Below, one piece after another: positions 51,344 to 64,000 of a stretch of 64,000 nt of DNA. A program made the position numbers and the translations under genes. The DNA comes from Octopus sinensis (Eukaryota). Under the pieces are notes generated by a model, which was not told the DNA's origin, ran no database searches, and saw only the letters and a list, made by a program, of their open reading frames with translations. The stretch covers positions 180,916,001 to 180,980,000 of the forward strand of contig NC_042997.1 of NCBI RefSeq assembly GCF_006345805.1, in the 5' to 3' direction. Each line of letters opens with the position of its first letter. The stretch's first letter is position 1.

Positions 51344-52499
51344 AATACCTTATAAGCCATGCAGCCATTGTCACTGCCGTATTTACACCCGATTCAACAC
51401 CACACGCTGTGCGGTAACGACCAACATCACTCCCGTCAACAATGCCATTACTACTAGACTATACGAATATAGCGATCATATCCCTTAACACAACTCTAGA
51501 AAGAGAATCATTATGAACAAAAATGATATCAGTGTCACATCCCCTACTTTCACTAATTACACCATTTTCATCGATAATATCAATAGATCAGCGAGAAAGG
51601 TGAACCATCGAGGAAGACAGTATACGGTCTATCTATCAGCATGCTACAAATAGTATCCAAATCTCATTCAAGTCATGCCCTATCGTATTAACAATAAAAC
51701 GACAGGGTGCGACTTGAGAGATACTATATCGTCCGAGATATGCAAAAACATATGTGATGGTCCTGGCTTGAAATCTTTTCACGTATGTCAAATCAATCAG
51801 ACCTGACACTTGTTTAAAACTAACAACACTTGTAACACCAAATCAACAAAAGTGACAAAAGTAACATTAAAATATGATGATGATTACCATAACGCTCAAG
51901 GATTAACCACTGTGTGTCCATAAATTATCTTTACAATTTGAAAAATTCAGGATAAAAAATTAAGATAACTCAGCAGAGTTTATTGGAAAACATAGGCAAA
52001 CAAATAAAGTTTTCATAGAAACTTCGGATCACTTCGATGTAGGTTTCACTGGTCGCAGTCAATCTGCAGAGTTATCCTGGTAATTTATGGATACCCTGTA
52101 CAACTACGGTAAATCTTCATGTCATTTCATCACCAGTATTGCACTATCACAGTACTATTTCATCATCATTACCACCAAAAACACTTAAAATATTCTACCG
52201 CAGCAATTATCACTTCTACTAACACTAATAGCAACAGATACAAGAAACAAAACATACCAATCTTAATTTCAATGCTGAATCAGAAAGGTATAATACATAG
52301 TTTTGTAACAGAAATTCTATGGGCTATCTGACGTTCACTTGAATTAGGCATTTATAAAAGTTGCATACATGTGAATTTATTAGCAACACGCTAACACCCA
52401 ATAATGGTATACACCCCACCCCATATATATATATATATATATATCACTAGTGTATATTTAAACAAAGCTACATATTTTTAGACGCGTCGAAATGTGTAT

Positions 52500-52950
52500 T
52501 GTACGATACAAACAATAAGGTAATATATTTTGGACACAAAATTGCCGCTAGAACAGAAGAAATAGATGGTAAATTACCCTTACAAGGCGGGAAAAAGTTG
52601 TCAACAAACAGCCATGATAGTCGAATCAACATCTCCCAAGACACCGGCCGAGTGATTTTACCATTAAGCTAAAATGCCCGCTTCTTGTAAGAAGAAATGC
52701 AAGTTTGTTTAAATATACACACGTGGTTGTTCAATAGCTAGCGTCTAAAATTGGCGAACAAATTCTGATCGGGAGTTTAGCTAAATGGTGAAGCACTCAG
52801 CCAGTGTCTTGGAGGAAGTGGGTTCGACTTCTATGGCTGATTGTTGACAACTTTCTTTTTCCCGCCTTGTAGGGGTAATTTACTCACTATTTCTGCTGTT
52901 TTAACGATAATGTTCAGTTCGAAAAAATATCTCCTTGTTTGTGTCGTACA
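52500..52950. repeat. Diverged inverted repeat (~180-bp arms, ~90-bp spacer) with tRNA-like inner ends
   Basis: ggtaaattacccttacaaggcgggaaaaagttgtcaacaaacagcc vs ggctgattgttgacaactttcttttcccgccttgtaggggtaatttac; the inner end has TAGCTAAATGG and GGTTCGACTTC. Confidence 0.75.
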
Positions 52951-52967
52951 GTATATATACAGAGAGA

Positions 52968-53178
52968 GAGGCGGCTAGCTGGCAGAAATGTTAGCACGGC
53001 GGGCGAAATGCTTAGCAGTATTTCATCTGCCGCTACGTTCTGAGTTCAAATTCCCCCGAGGTCGACTTTGCCTATCATCCTTTCGTGGTCGATTAAAGAA
53101 ATACCAGTTACGCACTGAGGTCGATGTAATCGACTTAATCCGTTTGTCTGTTCTTGTTTAGCCTCTTGTGGGTAGTAA

Positions 53179-53180
<2 letters not shown>
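52968..53180 (+). mobile_element. SINE family B
   Basis: ggcggctagctggcagaaatgttagcac...cctcttgtgggtagtaaag. Confidence 0.88.
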
Positions 53181-53220
<40 letters not shown>

Positions 53221-54040
53221 GACGGACTCCCATTTAGTTTTCGTCTACGAAATTCATACAAGATACACTGGGCGCCTAAAGTGCAGTTCAGTGGGACTGA
53301 AATCGGAACTATGCGCTTAAAATACATACTTTTTAACTACACAGCAATGCCAACCTTTGCATCTATAAATGTTTCAGCATGCGCTATAGCGTCAATAATA
53401 TAGTTTCTATTATTAACTAAATCTCTACGTTTAGAACGTAAGGTCAGTTCACTCTGAGAAAGCCATAAACGTCTCGTAATCTTATACACACCACCGATAT
53501 ATTTATGCCCGCTCAAATATATAAGAAATCAATGTTTTTGACGTGCTTATGTTAGTGGAAAATTTTGCAGTGACAAGAATCTCAGTATAGAAATTAAAGT
53601 TCCGAGTTTCTTGACTTATGCAAATACAGCGTCAACAGCATGGATCTTACAGAGAATCAAATAGTTCCTAAAGCGACAAATAGTCTGAGACAGATTTTTC
53701 GATATTTCCAAGTCTTTAACTTACACATTATCCCAAGTAATATTTATGACATTTTTTTTTCCCTTCTGCCTTTAAGCAGTTAAAAAAAGGAAGAAAAGAA
53801 AGAAAAAAACAAGAAAGAAAGGAAAGAAAAAGGAGGAGATGTATGAGAAAAGCTGACTAATTTCTCTATAATTCGGGAACTATATCTGTACAACATTGAG
53901 ATTGATGTCAAAGGAAACAAAGTATTTAATTTTTTTTCAAATTCTGCCAACTACGCGTCAACAAATATTGACTATACCTTCACAATGTCTACTCGCGCGC
54001 GCGCGTGTGTGCGTGCGTGCGTGCGTGTGTGTGTGTGTAT

Positions 54041-54072
<32 letters not shown>

Positions 54073-54204
54073 CAATTCGATATTCCTTAAAATTGATGAT
54101 TTTCTTTTCTTTTTCTACATGCTTCTTGATAAAATTCATAAAAGAAATTGCTTACAGCTAGCCACCATATTTCTTCTGAAAGGAAACCCATCTAAGACAA
54201 TATG

Positions 54205-54245
<41 letters not shown>

Positions 54246-55312
54246 TGTGTGTGTGTGTGCGTATGTGTGTGTTTGTGTGCGTGTGTGTGTATAAGGAGAA
54301 AGAGAGAGAAAGAGAGAGAGGAAGAGAGAGAGATGGAGAGAATATGTGTATACATGTAGTATATTAGATATAGACATAGAGGAGGCATATATGTATATTT
54401 GTGTGGCGTGTGTGTGTGTCTGTCTACATATATAAGCATCATATGTTCTTCAAGCGCATTTTCGTATATGTGAAGTGGATGATGTATGGGCGGACACCAT
54501 CAAAATATATACACATACACACACACATGCACAAGATAATATGTAAATGTGTGTGTGTGTTTGTGTGCGCTCGTGTGGGTGTCTTGGTGTGTGAGTGTGT
54601 GTGCTTCAGCAATCTTTATTTTTAATAGTTTCATTTACAACTTTCAGCCAATTGGTTTGGAACGAAAAACGGTTTTATTCTAAATCTTTCCATTCGTTAT
54701 TGCAACACCCTTTTTATTCTTATTTTTTTCATTCCCTTTTGCCTCCTTTTCTTTACCTTTGTTATTGGCAATATTGTTCTCTATATTTTATTTATTACAA
54801 TGTTATTATTGATTATTATTAATGATATGTGATATCCGGGATTTTTATCAAGGATATAGCAGCTTCATTTTGTTATATAATTTTGTATTTTTTGAACGAT
54901 ATCTTGATGTATTCTTTATCTTTAATCCTTCATAAATTCTCTATTGATTTGGTTTAAGGGGTAATTCTCTTTCAATACGATCTTTTTCTTTGTGTAGTAC
55001 GATCTGTTTTATGTATCTCGCCTTTCCTAGTCAGTTTTTTTTAATTTATAGAGAGAGAGAATTTTATTGAAAGTATGATAAATTCTACGTGCATATGTGA
55101 ACATCGACTTCTATTTTTATGCATATGAATAGGTGCAATTATTTTCCCCATGCCTCTCTATGTACATGTATTTATATTATACATATATACATACACAAGC
55201 AACACACATGTATTTATCCATATGTGAATATAGCTATATATATATGTATGTATATATATAAATATCTATGTATATATATCGCACCAACCCTCTCAGAAAA
55301 TGCACATGCTTC

Positions 55313-55346
<34 letters not shown>

Positions 55347-55435
55347 ATAGAGAGATACATATATATATATATACATATAAATATATACATACATATATAC
55401 ATGTACACACACACACATATATACATATACACACA

Positions 55436-55575
55436 CACATACATACATGCATACATACATACATACATACATGCATACATACATACATACATACATACAT
55501 ACATACATACATACATACATACATACATACATACATACATACATACATACATACATACATACATACATACATACA
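55436..55575. repeat. (TACA)n microsatellite
   Basis: Direct tandem repeats; explains ORFs 55119-55870. Confidence 0.95.
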
Positions 55576-56064
55576 TGCATGCATACGTAAATATATATAT
55601 GTGTTTCTGTGTATGTATATGTATATATGTAGATATGTAGGATACAGGCATTCTGGAAATGTGCCCATGGTATATGTTGAACTACAGGTACTTCATGCAT
55701 CTGTGTATTATCCATGTGAATATGTTTGTGTGAGTTCTTGCATATCTATGTTTGTACGTGTGTGTCAAGAACAAGTGCCAAAATGTTTATGTTTCGTTAT
55801 TATTTACCTAGGTCTTTTTTTTCTAATTAACATTTTTTGTGGGGTTTCATATAGTTATGATTTGTTTTAGTTTTTTAATCCAATTGCAACTGCAACACAA
55901 TGTAATCCTTCCGGAGATTTTTTTTTATATATCTTCTGTTCCCACGTTATGTTCTTTTAAGGTTAGGTAATGTCTGTTAGACTTCAAACCGTGTATTCTG
56001 TGTGTTATAAAATTTATATGTGTGTGTATGTGCGCTCGGACACGCGTGTCTGTGTGCATTTATG

Positions 56065-56105
<41 letters not shown>

Positions 56106-56112
56106 AGATTAA

Positions 56113-56146
<34 letters not shown>

Positions 56147-56217
56147 TATGTATAGATAAATATATAGATAGAGAGAGAGAGAAAGAGAGATAGATTGTTA
56201 GGTAGGTAGGTAGGTAA

Positions 56218-56258
<41 letters not shown>

Positions 56259-56322
56259 CAGATAGATAGACAGCTAGACATATAGTAGATAGATTGATGC
56301 ATGCATACATACATATATATAT

Positions 56323-56407
<85 letters not shown>

Positions 56408-57302
56408 GAATGTATATAATATAAGGATACGTGAAATGTTCAGACTTAAATGTGAAAATGTAAATTAAGAAAGAAACTATGAGATGAAAATATTTTATGC
56501 TTTTTTTATAACACTATTTATTCTATCTTATTTGGTCGATTCGCCATTTCAAGTTTGGCTGTTTGTTTTTTATATATTTTATTTTCTCTTTTTTTTTATT
56601 CACATGGTAAGGGTGGTGGCTGCTTTTCTTTTTAATTTCATTTCTTGTTAATGTTATTGGTATTGATGTTGTTACTTGAGAAACAATATATTTTACTGTT
56701 GTAATTATTGTTGTTATTTAGACCTGGTCGTTGCCTTTACGGAGCAATCTAGAAACGCCAACAGATTTTTACTTAAATCTATCTTCTCAAGCAAAAAGGA
56801 CACAATGCATAATGTATTCGTAGAAAACATCCTTTTTGACTTTCGCTGGATAGTCACAGACGACGTGTTCCACACGCGTCTCCTATTACCGACGTGGTTT
56901 GACTATATTCATAACAGTTGATCGGCTGCTAACACTGCATATTAACCTGTCTAGAGACTCAAGCCAGCCATTCCTCTTTCACTTTCTCTTACCTTCTTAT
57001 CTCCTGTCGTATTTTCCTTTACATATTGATTTATATATAAAGACCTGCTTCTCTCTTTGTTTTGTCTTCTTCCCAGGACAACTAATGAAGAGAGCTAGTC
57101 ATATTTTTTGCGTAACTGTTCACGCAAATGATGTTTTGCTGGTCTTTTGAAACCTGTGTGCTTTATATAAAACATAAATAACGATTATATTTTCAGTATT
57201 CGATGATAGATATATAATATATAGATCTACATAGATACACACATTTTCATCATCATAATCATCATAAACTTCACCATTGTTTGCAATCAGACAAATATAT
57301 TT

Positions 57303-57404
57303 TACACCTGTGACTCTGGAGGTGACTAATGAGACGATATATTGATAGAGATACACCTGCGACTCCGGAGGTGACTAATGAGACGATATATCTATAGAGA
57401 TACA
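57303..57404 (+). repeat. 49-bp tandem duplication
   Basis: tacacctg(t/c)gactc(t/c)ggaggtgactaatgagacgatata..tagaga x2. Confidence 0.9.
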
Positions 57405-58045
57405 CGTCTATCGTCACTGCACAACAGGCTTCCACCATTCACTGCACTGACGGTGGGCCCGGCCTTCTGTAGCTCGCTTCAATTCTGCATAAAACATGTG
57501 TATTTTCGAAAATATCAACTCTTCCTTTATTTGTTTCCGCCATTGAAAACGATGAGAACTATTGCTTCCTCAGATGACGTCCCATATTTCACATGCCTTC
57601 AAGAAGAGCCTTTCACGGTCCTTAAAAGAACGTCTTAGTATCCGTTGTGTGCACTTTCCACAAATAAGTTTGCTATATAGCATCGGCAATATGGTGAACA
57701 AATAGCCACTCTAAAGCGAAAGGTGCCAGTGCACTCTCGCTTCAAAGCATGTACACATACACACCGACCTGCATGCACACCTACATAGATAAATAAATAC
57801 GGATTAGAAAAACAGCCGACAACTGATCAAGGGTCGTACTTTGTGATGTTCGTCCTGTTTTCCATTTATTTCTTTCGTTGTTGCTTGGAAAGAAAAGTTT
57901 TCATTCCGTGTCCTCGTACTTCGTATTTCCTGTTGTTTATGATTTGTGACGTCCTATGCCCACATGTGCATGTATATACAGTGTAGTTCTTGAGTTTTAG
58001 TGATACACACATCCAGACACACACACATTATCAGTTTTATATGTG

Positions 58046-58098
<53 letters not shown>

Positions 58099-58504
58099 TC
58101 ATACGTACACAGGCAGACAGATAAACATAAATATAGAGTTATGTTTATTACGTTTTAGGTTTACTTTGTTAAACATTTCATAGTGGTTATTCTGGAGTAC
58201 AACCATTAAGGCAAAAGTGAATCAGAATCTGTGCATGTGAATCACAAAATTAGAGGACTGAAACGGCTAACATACACATCATGGTTAGTTAAGCATAAAC
58301 TTAAGTATATCTAACTATTACTAACATATTTTCCTAACCTTTATAAATGATATTTTTACAAATATATATAAGTAAATATATGTATACATACATGTGCATG
58401 TATATTCATTCATACACATACACATGTAATATATATATATATATATTATCATTATTATTATTATCACTATTATTATTATTATTATTATTATATTATTATT
58501 ATTA

Positions 58505-58550
<46 letters not shown>

Positions 58551-59094
58551 GAGGATTTTTATGTTTAAACAGACGACAGAATGCTCATACGTGCCACTGC
58601 ATGTGAGAAAAGTCAAGATAACAGGCGTTTGTTTTCAAGCAAAATTTTGCACCCATAAGAATGTTTTTTCATTGTTACGGCTATTATTGTTACTGTGGAA
58701 ACTTTTTTCGTGCTGTCCCAGATAAAGCTAGTATTGTTTGTTTTAGCTGTTTTGTATGCTTTTCTTTTCATTAGAATAGGAATTTTGATAGTATTTGCTT
58801 TTGCATACTCCATTTTGTCGCTTTGTATGACTGCACGATTAGTTCAGTCGCTTAATGCCTCAGCCTTTGCCGTAATGGAAAACATAATTTTCCCTTTAGC
58901 GTTTCAAGTATTAATCCTTGTTGGCATTTTTGTTGTTCATACTATCAAATCATTGGTCTATGATCAATGGTATTCCTAGCACGACCATCCATCATATAAT
59001 CAGTATGTATGGTAATAAAAATAGTTATCGTATAGTATAGTATATTATTCCTAAGGTAATCATAATAATAATGAGAATGAGAATAATAACAATT

Positions 59095-59109
59095 ATTATT
59101 TTTATTAAA

Positions 59110-59169
<60 letters not shown>

Positions 59170-59205
59170 TATTATTATTATTACTATTATTATTATTATT
59201 ATTAC

Positions 59206-59238
<33 letters not shown>

Positions 59239-59252
59239 TACTATTATTATTT

Positions 59253-59315
<63 letters not shown>
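59095..59315. repeat. (ATT)n microsatellite
   Basis: Direct tandem repeats. Confidence 0.95.
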
Positions 59316-59730
59316 GCCTTTGCACAGCTTCTAACGCTGGAGATGTACTACGATATCAGCTGTTCACTACCAGTGAACTAAGGTAACACCTCTTATTTTT
59401 CGTTACTGAAACCTCCCTGCTAGAGATGGCAATTAATCGCCCCTATTCACATTATATAAAGAGAGAAACGGCAGACAGTTACTGACCCCGTAACGAGCAA
59501 AATAGCTAAGTTCTACAATCTCTAAACGAGATATAAGTAGAAACAATACTAGACAGTAACGTTTATTTATTTATTTTTACCACTATAATGTGGCTGTTCT
59601 ATAAAGAACTATGTTACTACATTTTAACTCCAGGAAAACATCTTTTCCGGCTGGTTAATGATACCCACCTACCCCCTGTTTGATATATTGTGAGTAAGGG
59701 AGTGAACCTCTCTCCTGCAGCTTGGCAAGA

Positions 59731-59775
59731 CCAGTAGACTATGGTTTCTGAGTCTTTACACTTCATCGGTACTAG
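59731..59775 (-). ncRNA. Type I hammerhead-like motif, variant core
   Basis: CUAGUA-CCGAUGA-A-GUGU aaag ACUC-A-GAAAC caua GUC-UACUGG. Confidence 0.6.
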
Positions 59776-60162
59776 ACACCTACCCGCTAGAGATGGCAGG
59801 CAATCGTCCCTAATCACAATATATAAACAGAGAAGAGGCAGACCATCGCTGCTCTCGTAACGAGCAAAATACATACTTCTATAATCTCTAAACGAGACAT
59901 AAGCAATAACAATATTAAGTGGTAATGTCTGTTTGACACTTTAATATAGCTGTTCTATAAAGAATTATGTTACTACATTTTAACCCTAGGAAAACGTCTT
60001 CGTGAGTAAGGGAGCGAATCACTGCCCTCCAGTTTAGCAAGACCAGTAGTTACTGGGCTTCTGGGTCTTTACATTTCAGCGGTATTCGACACCTGTCTGC
60101 CGCTTCTTTGTTTAAAGATTGTGAGTAGGGACGATTGACTGCCTTCTGTAGTATTCATGTGT

Positions 60163-60207
60163 CCAGTACCGATGAAGAGTGAAGCCTCAGAAACCCTGGT
60201 CTACTGG
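60163..60207 (+). ncRNA. Type I hammerhead-like motif, variant core
   Basis: CCAGUA-CCGAUGA-A-GAG ugaagc CUC-A-GAAAC ccug GUC-UACUGG; 6-bp stem I. Confidence 0.65.
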
Positions 60208-60427
60208 TCTTGTCAAGCTGGAGTGGAGTGAATCACTCCCTTACTCACTATATATATCGGACACAGGTTGTGTGTTGTTAACAGCTGGAAAAGACGTTTT
60301 CTTGGCGTTTAAAATTTAGTAACATAGTTCTTTTTAGAACAGCCATGTTATACTGGCAAAAAAAACGTTACCGTCTTGTATTGTTACTACTTATACCTCG
60401 TTTAGAGATTTTAGAACTAGCTATTTT

Positions 60428-60459
<32 letters not shown>

Positions 60460-60465
<6 letters not shown>

Positions 60466-60514
60466 AATATATATATATATATATATATTCACACACACAC
60501 ACATATATAATATA

Positions 60515-60562
<48 letters not shown>

Positions 60563-60575
60563 GTATATATATGTA

Positions 60576-60607
<32 letters not shown>

Positions 60608-60699
60608 GTATATATATATATATATTATATATATATATATAGATATATATATATATATATATATATAGATATATATATATATAATATATATATATATAG

Positions 60700-60793
<94 letters not shown>

Positions 60794-60795
60794 TA
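60460..60795. repeat. (TA)n microsatellite
   Basis: Direct tandem repeats. Confidence 0.95.
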
Positions 60796-61067
60796 AAAAT
60801 ATATAAATATATGAAAGAATGGAGTTGAACGACTTATATGCAGCCTTCGAAACATATGTCGAAAATAAAGGAATTTTGTTAATTCGTCGTTCAACTCCAT
60901 TCTGTCATATATTTATATATTTTAAAAATAAACATACACATTTCCACACGAAAGCACGTAATCTATGCCCTAGGCACATAACTTCAACCGTGTTTTTTCT
61001 TATGTGAATTTGCTACCCAGGTATCGGTTAATTCGAATTATCCTTAATAAGATAATTCATTCAAATA

Positions 61068-61115
<48 letters not shown>

Positions 61116-61344
61116 TGTGTGTGTGTGTGTATAACAGGAAATAAAGTGTTTTGCATCACTCGGTCCAAAAATCGAAAAAACAAGCTTACGATCATGCGGG
61201 TAAGCCCCTAGCCATTAGGTGATGTACCACCACATTTATATATGTACATACGTACATATATATATATATATATGTGTGACCGCGTGTGTACCGTTGGCGA
61301 TTTATTTTCCTCCGTCTTCCTTTCTCTGGATCTTTCCTTTTCCT

Positions 61345-61383
61345 ATGTTTCTGACGAAGAGCTCCGCTCGAAACGTAAAACAT
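61345..61383 (+). ncRNA. Minimal type I hammerhead ribozyme in a solo Penelope-type pLTR fragment (~61285-61480)
   Basis: AUGUUU-CUGACGA-A-GAGC ucc GCUC-GAAAC-GUA-AAACAU: 6-bp stem I, 4-bp stem II, palindromic ACGU mini stem III. Confidence 0.8.
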
Positions 61384-62199
61384 TCCTTCTTCTCTTCCTT
61401 CCTGAGCGTCCAATAATACTATATTTATTCCACATCTTCGCCTTGTGTTTTCTCTTTGTGTTTTCATGTTTGGATTAACTATATATATATATATATATAT
61501 ATACATGCAAACACACATGCGCACACCGACAGAAGCACACACAAACATATACGTATCATAGTGTACAGGAATAGAAATAAATTACAAATGTATGACTCTT
61601 AATACTCTCAAAACTAATTAATAAGATTCCTCTTTAGCGGGAATAAAGATATATTGGTCGGTGCTTCTACACACATTAACTTCAAAGTGAACATCTATAA
61701 CAATATCATTCGATTGATTAGCAAAGTTTTAATTAGAATCACGTTTCACCATTAGAGCTGAACTCGTTGTTTCATCTCTGGTTTTCTATTATCATTGTAT
61801 TAGCTTCTGAACCACAGAACTAACCACGTGCGTATCTTTTCTACCATCTACCTTCTTTTCGTTTCTACTCAGGATTCCTGTCTTTTTTCTTCAAGTTATC
61901 CTTATAATATATGCGAGCAAAACGCCCCCCGTCCAATGGACGGTGCTGAGTTGTCAAACATCTAAGGCAAATGTCTCAAAACAACTTGTCCGACCGTCCC
62001 ATAGGCCTCCCCTTTGAGAAACACTGATTTAACTTAAATTTGAGACACCAGCAAAAGAAGAAATAAAGATAGACTTTTTTTTCTATTCCACGATTTTATT
62101 CACACAAATATGCAACCGAAGAGGTTAAAGTACCAGTAATGATAAGGCTGTTGACTGGGAGAACACAAACATGGTTTAAATAGTAAGCTTGGCAGGAAA

Positions 62200-62395
62200 G
62201 AAACGTGCACTTTCCCACGGCTTTATCGATCGCATTCTCACCTGGAATCGATTTTTGTAATTTTTTCAAGATTTATACACGCCCTGATATCGTCGGTATC
62301 TACATATCAAATTTGAGCGCAATCGGATGGAGGATGCCCGAGATCCCAGAAGACACACACACACAGACGGACAGAACGGATTTTATATAGTGGAT
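62200..62395 (-). mobile_element. Possible non-autonomous Helitron 5' fragment
   Basis: aaatttgagcgcaatcggatg...acacacacagacggacagaacggattttatatag resembles the terminus of the 1226-1610 element class. No CTAG/hairpin end was found. Confidence 0.4.
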
Positions 62396-63631
62396 TACTT
62401 CAGCGTCCTCGCAAGAACGAAATATAAAGCCTCCGTAGAATTATAACCCTCTGGAATGCTTCCCTCCCGTCCCTCCCGGGGACTGATCCATTTAAATTCT
62501 CATAAAACACCAAATTTGTCTATATCAGCAGTGTGGAATGATATCAGACAACCTCAAACTACCGCTTACTTTTCTTGGCATCTTATTTAAAATATATCAA
62601 AACTCTTATTTGTCGGAATAATTGAAGACTTTTGTAAGTGGATACATGCATTTTATCAGAAATCATAAAAGCGATTATTTATTTGTGTTATCATAGTTCT
62701 TCTCTATTCAGGCCATTTGACATACAACTACTAGTGAGATATGGTAAGATAGTTTATACTGATTATGAACAACTATATCGCGTAAACTTGAAATCATTTT
62801 TTAAAGACGAAAACTATTTCAGCTGTGATCAGCTGTTGATACTCTAAAAAGAATTATGTAAAACTCATACCGGAATACTGCTTACATCTACGAGACGGTC
62901 TTAATGTATTCGACCACCCATCATTTGTAGATTAAGTTTATTTAAGCTGTGTATCGTGAAACAAGAAAAGAAAGGGAAATTTTGCTATCTAGATAGGCAT
63001 AAACGAAAACATTCAGACATTGACTAATAGATATTCTCATATTTTCTTCAGATATTGTTTTTATTTTTGTCACTCATAAGATAAGGAGAATGTCGCGGAA
63101 ATGGTAACGATGATAAGGGTAGGAGGAACACAAGCAGAAGTGCAGGAGGACGACAACGTTGACAAAAAGGTCCATCAGCGCTGTCATGCGACGATGGCGG
63201 CTACGATGTTGTTGCTCAACCTGATGACTATAGATGACGGCAAGGATGATGATTTTAATGATAATAACGATGATGTTGGTGGGCGGTTATCAATTTTTCA
63301 CAAATGTATTTACGTTTTTCCATGCAATAAGTATACGTGTTTTTGCTAGATATGATAAGACGATAGGGCTTTCAGATACAACATTAAAACAACAAGCTGC
63401 CATTTTATAGCTAGGTTAAACAAATATTGATGCGGTCGTTCCCTACGAAATACACTGGATAGTGTTTCCTTTCAAGTGCTGCATATTCAAACGTAACACC
63501 ATATCTGATCTCTTTCTGAACCATTGAAATTAGTTTGCTTCTATTCCATTTACCTTTCTCGTCTTTCGTTCTTTCTTTTTAACAAATCTATATAATGCAT
63601 GCAGCATGCACTTACTCTCTTTTTCTCTTTC

Positions 63632-63668
<37 letters not shown>

Positions 63669-63746
63669 AACACAAGCTGTCTCTTTTCCTTTCGTTATGA
63701 ATATGTGTATGTATGTATGTATATGTGTGTGTATTGTATATATATA

Positions 63747-63808
<62 letters not shown>

Positions 63809-64000
63809 TTATATATATATTTATATAGATCAATAAATGGTGGGGTTGTATTGACCGCACGTGGAGAAATGATAAGTAACGAAAAATTATGATAAGTAAC
63901 GAAAAGCATTCTGCTTTTTTAAAAAAATTTTTCGTTACTTATATTTATATATATATATATATGTGTGTATGTATGTATGTATGTATGTATGTATGTATAA

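Larger units (their letters stand above)
59403..60431. repeat. Array of three ~310-370-bp related units (two direct, one inverted), each with a hammerhead-like motif; retrozyme-like
   Basis: gctagagatggc at 59419 and 59786 (period 367). 60094-60431 is a reverse-complement, permuted copy of the unit. Confidence 0.85.

Noticed and set aside
47680-60431. Repeat arrays considered as CRISPR-like
   Set aside because: No constant repeat with unique spacers, no cas genes, and a eukaryotic context.

Overview
A 64-kb AT-rich, microsatellite-dense animal genomic window. It is most likely Octopus or another cephalopod, inferred from the tRNA-derived SINE families I recognise; this is not database-verified. 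I found no host protein-coding exon I can support, and most listed ORFs are translations of (TA)n, (CA)n, (TAGA)n, (TACA)n and (ATT)n repeats. The window is a transposon graveyard: three SINE families and fragments of R4/Dong-like, CR1, RTE, Penelope, Helitron and Tc1/mariner elements. Five structures stand out. (1) An 8.5-kb fold-back Penelope-like element (10750-19277) has ~4.1-kb inverted arms, a 328-bp RT-coding spacer, a GIY-YIG endonuclease and a minimal hammerhead ribozyme in each arm. (2) A retrozyme-like array of ~310-370-bp units (59403-60431) carries a type I hammerhead-like fold whose non-canonical core is shared between copies. (3) A 2.06-kb ORF1-only (gag-like CCHC, no RT) retroelement sits in the tRNA-like head of a SINE with a 12-bp TSD (39375-41438). 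(4) A SINE/CR1 pair share a 3' tail containing a hairpin with compensatory changes. (5) Several further perfect or diverged palindromes are present. Long-read assembly artefact is an open alternative for the palindromes. All alignments and folds were done by eye.
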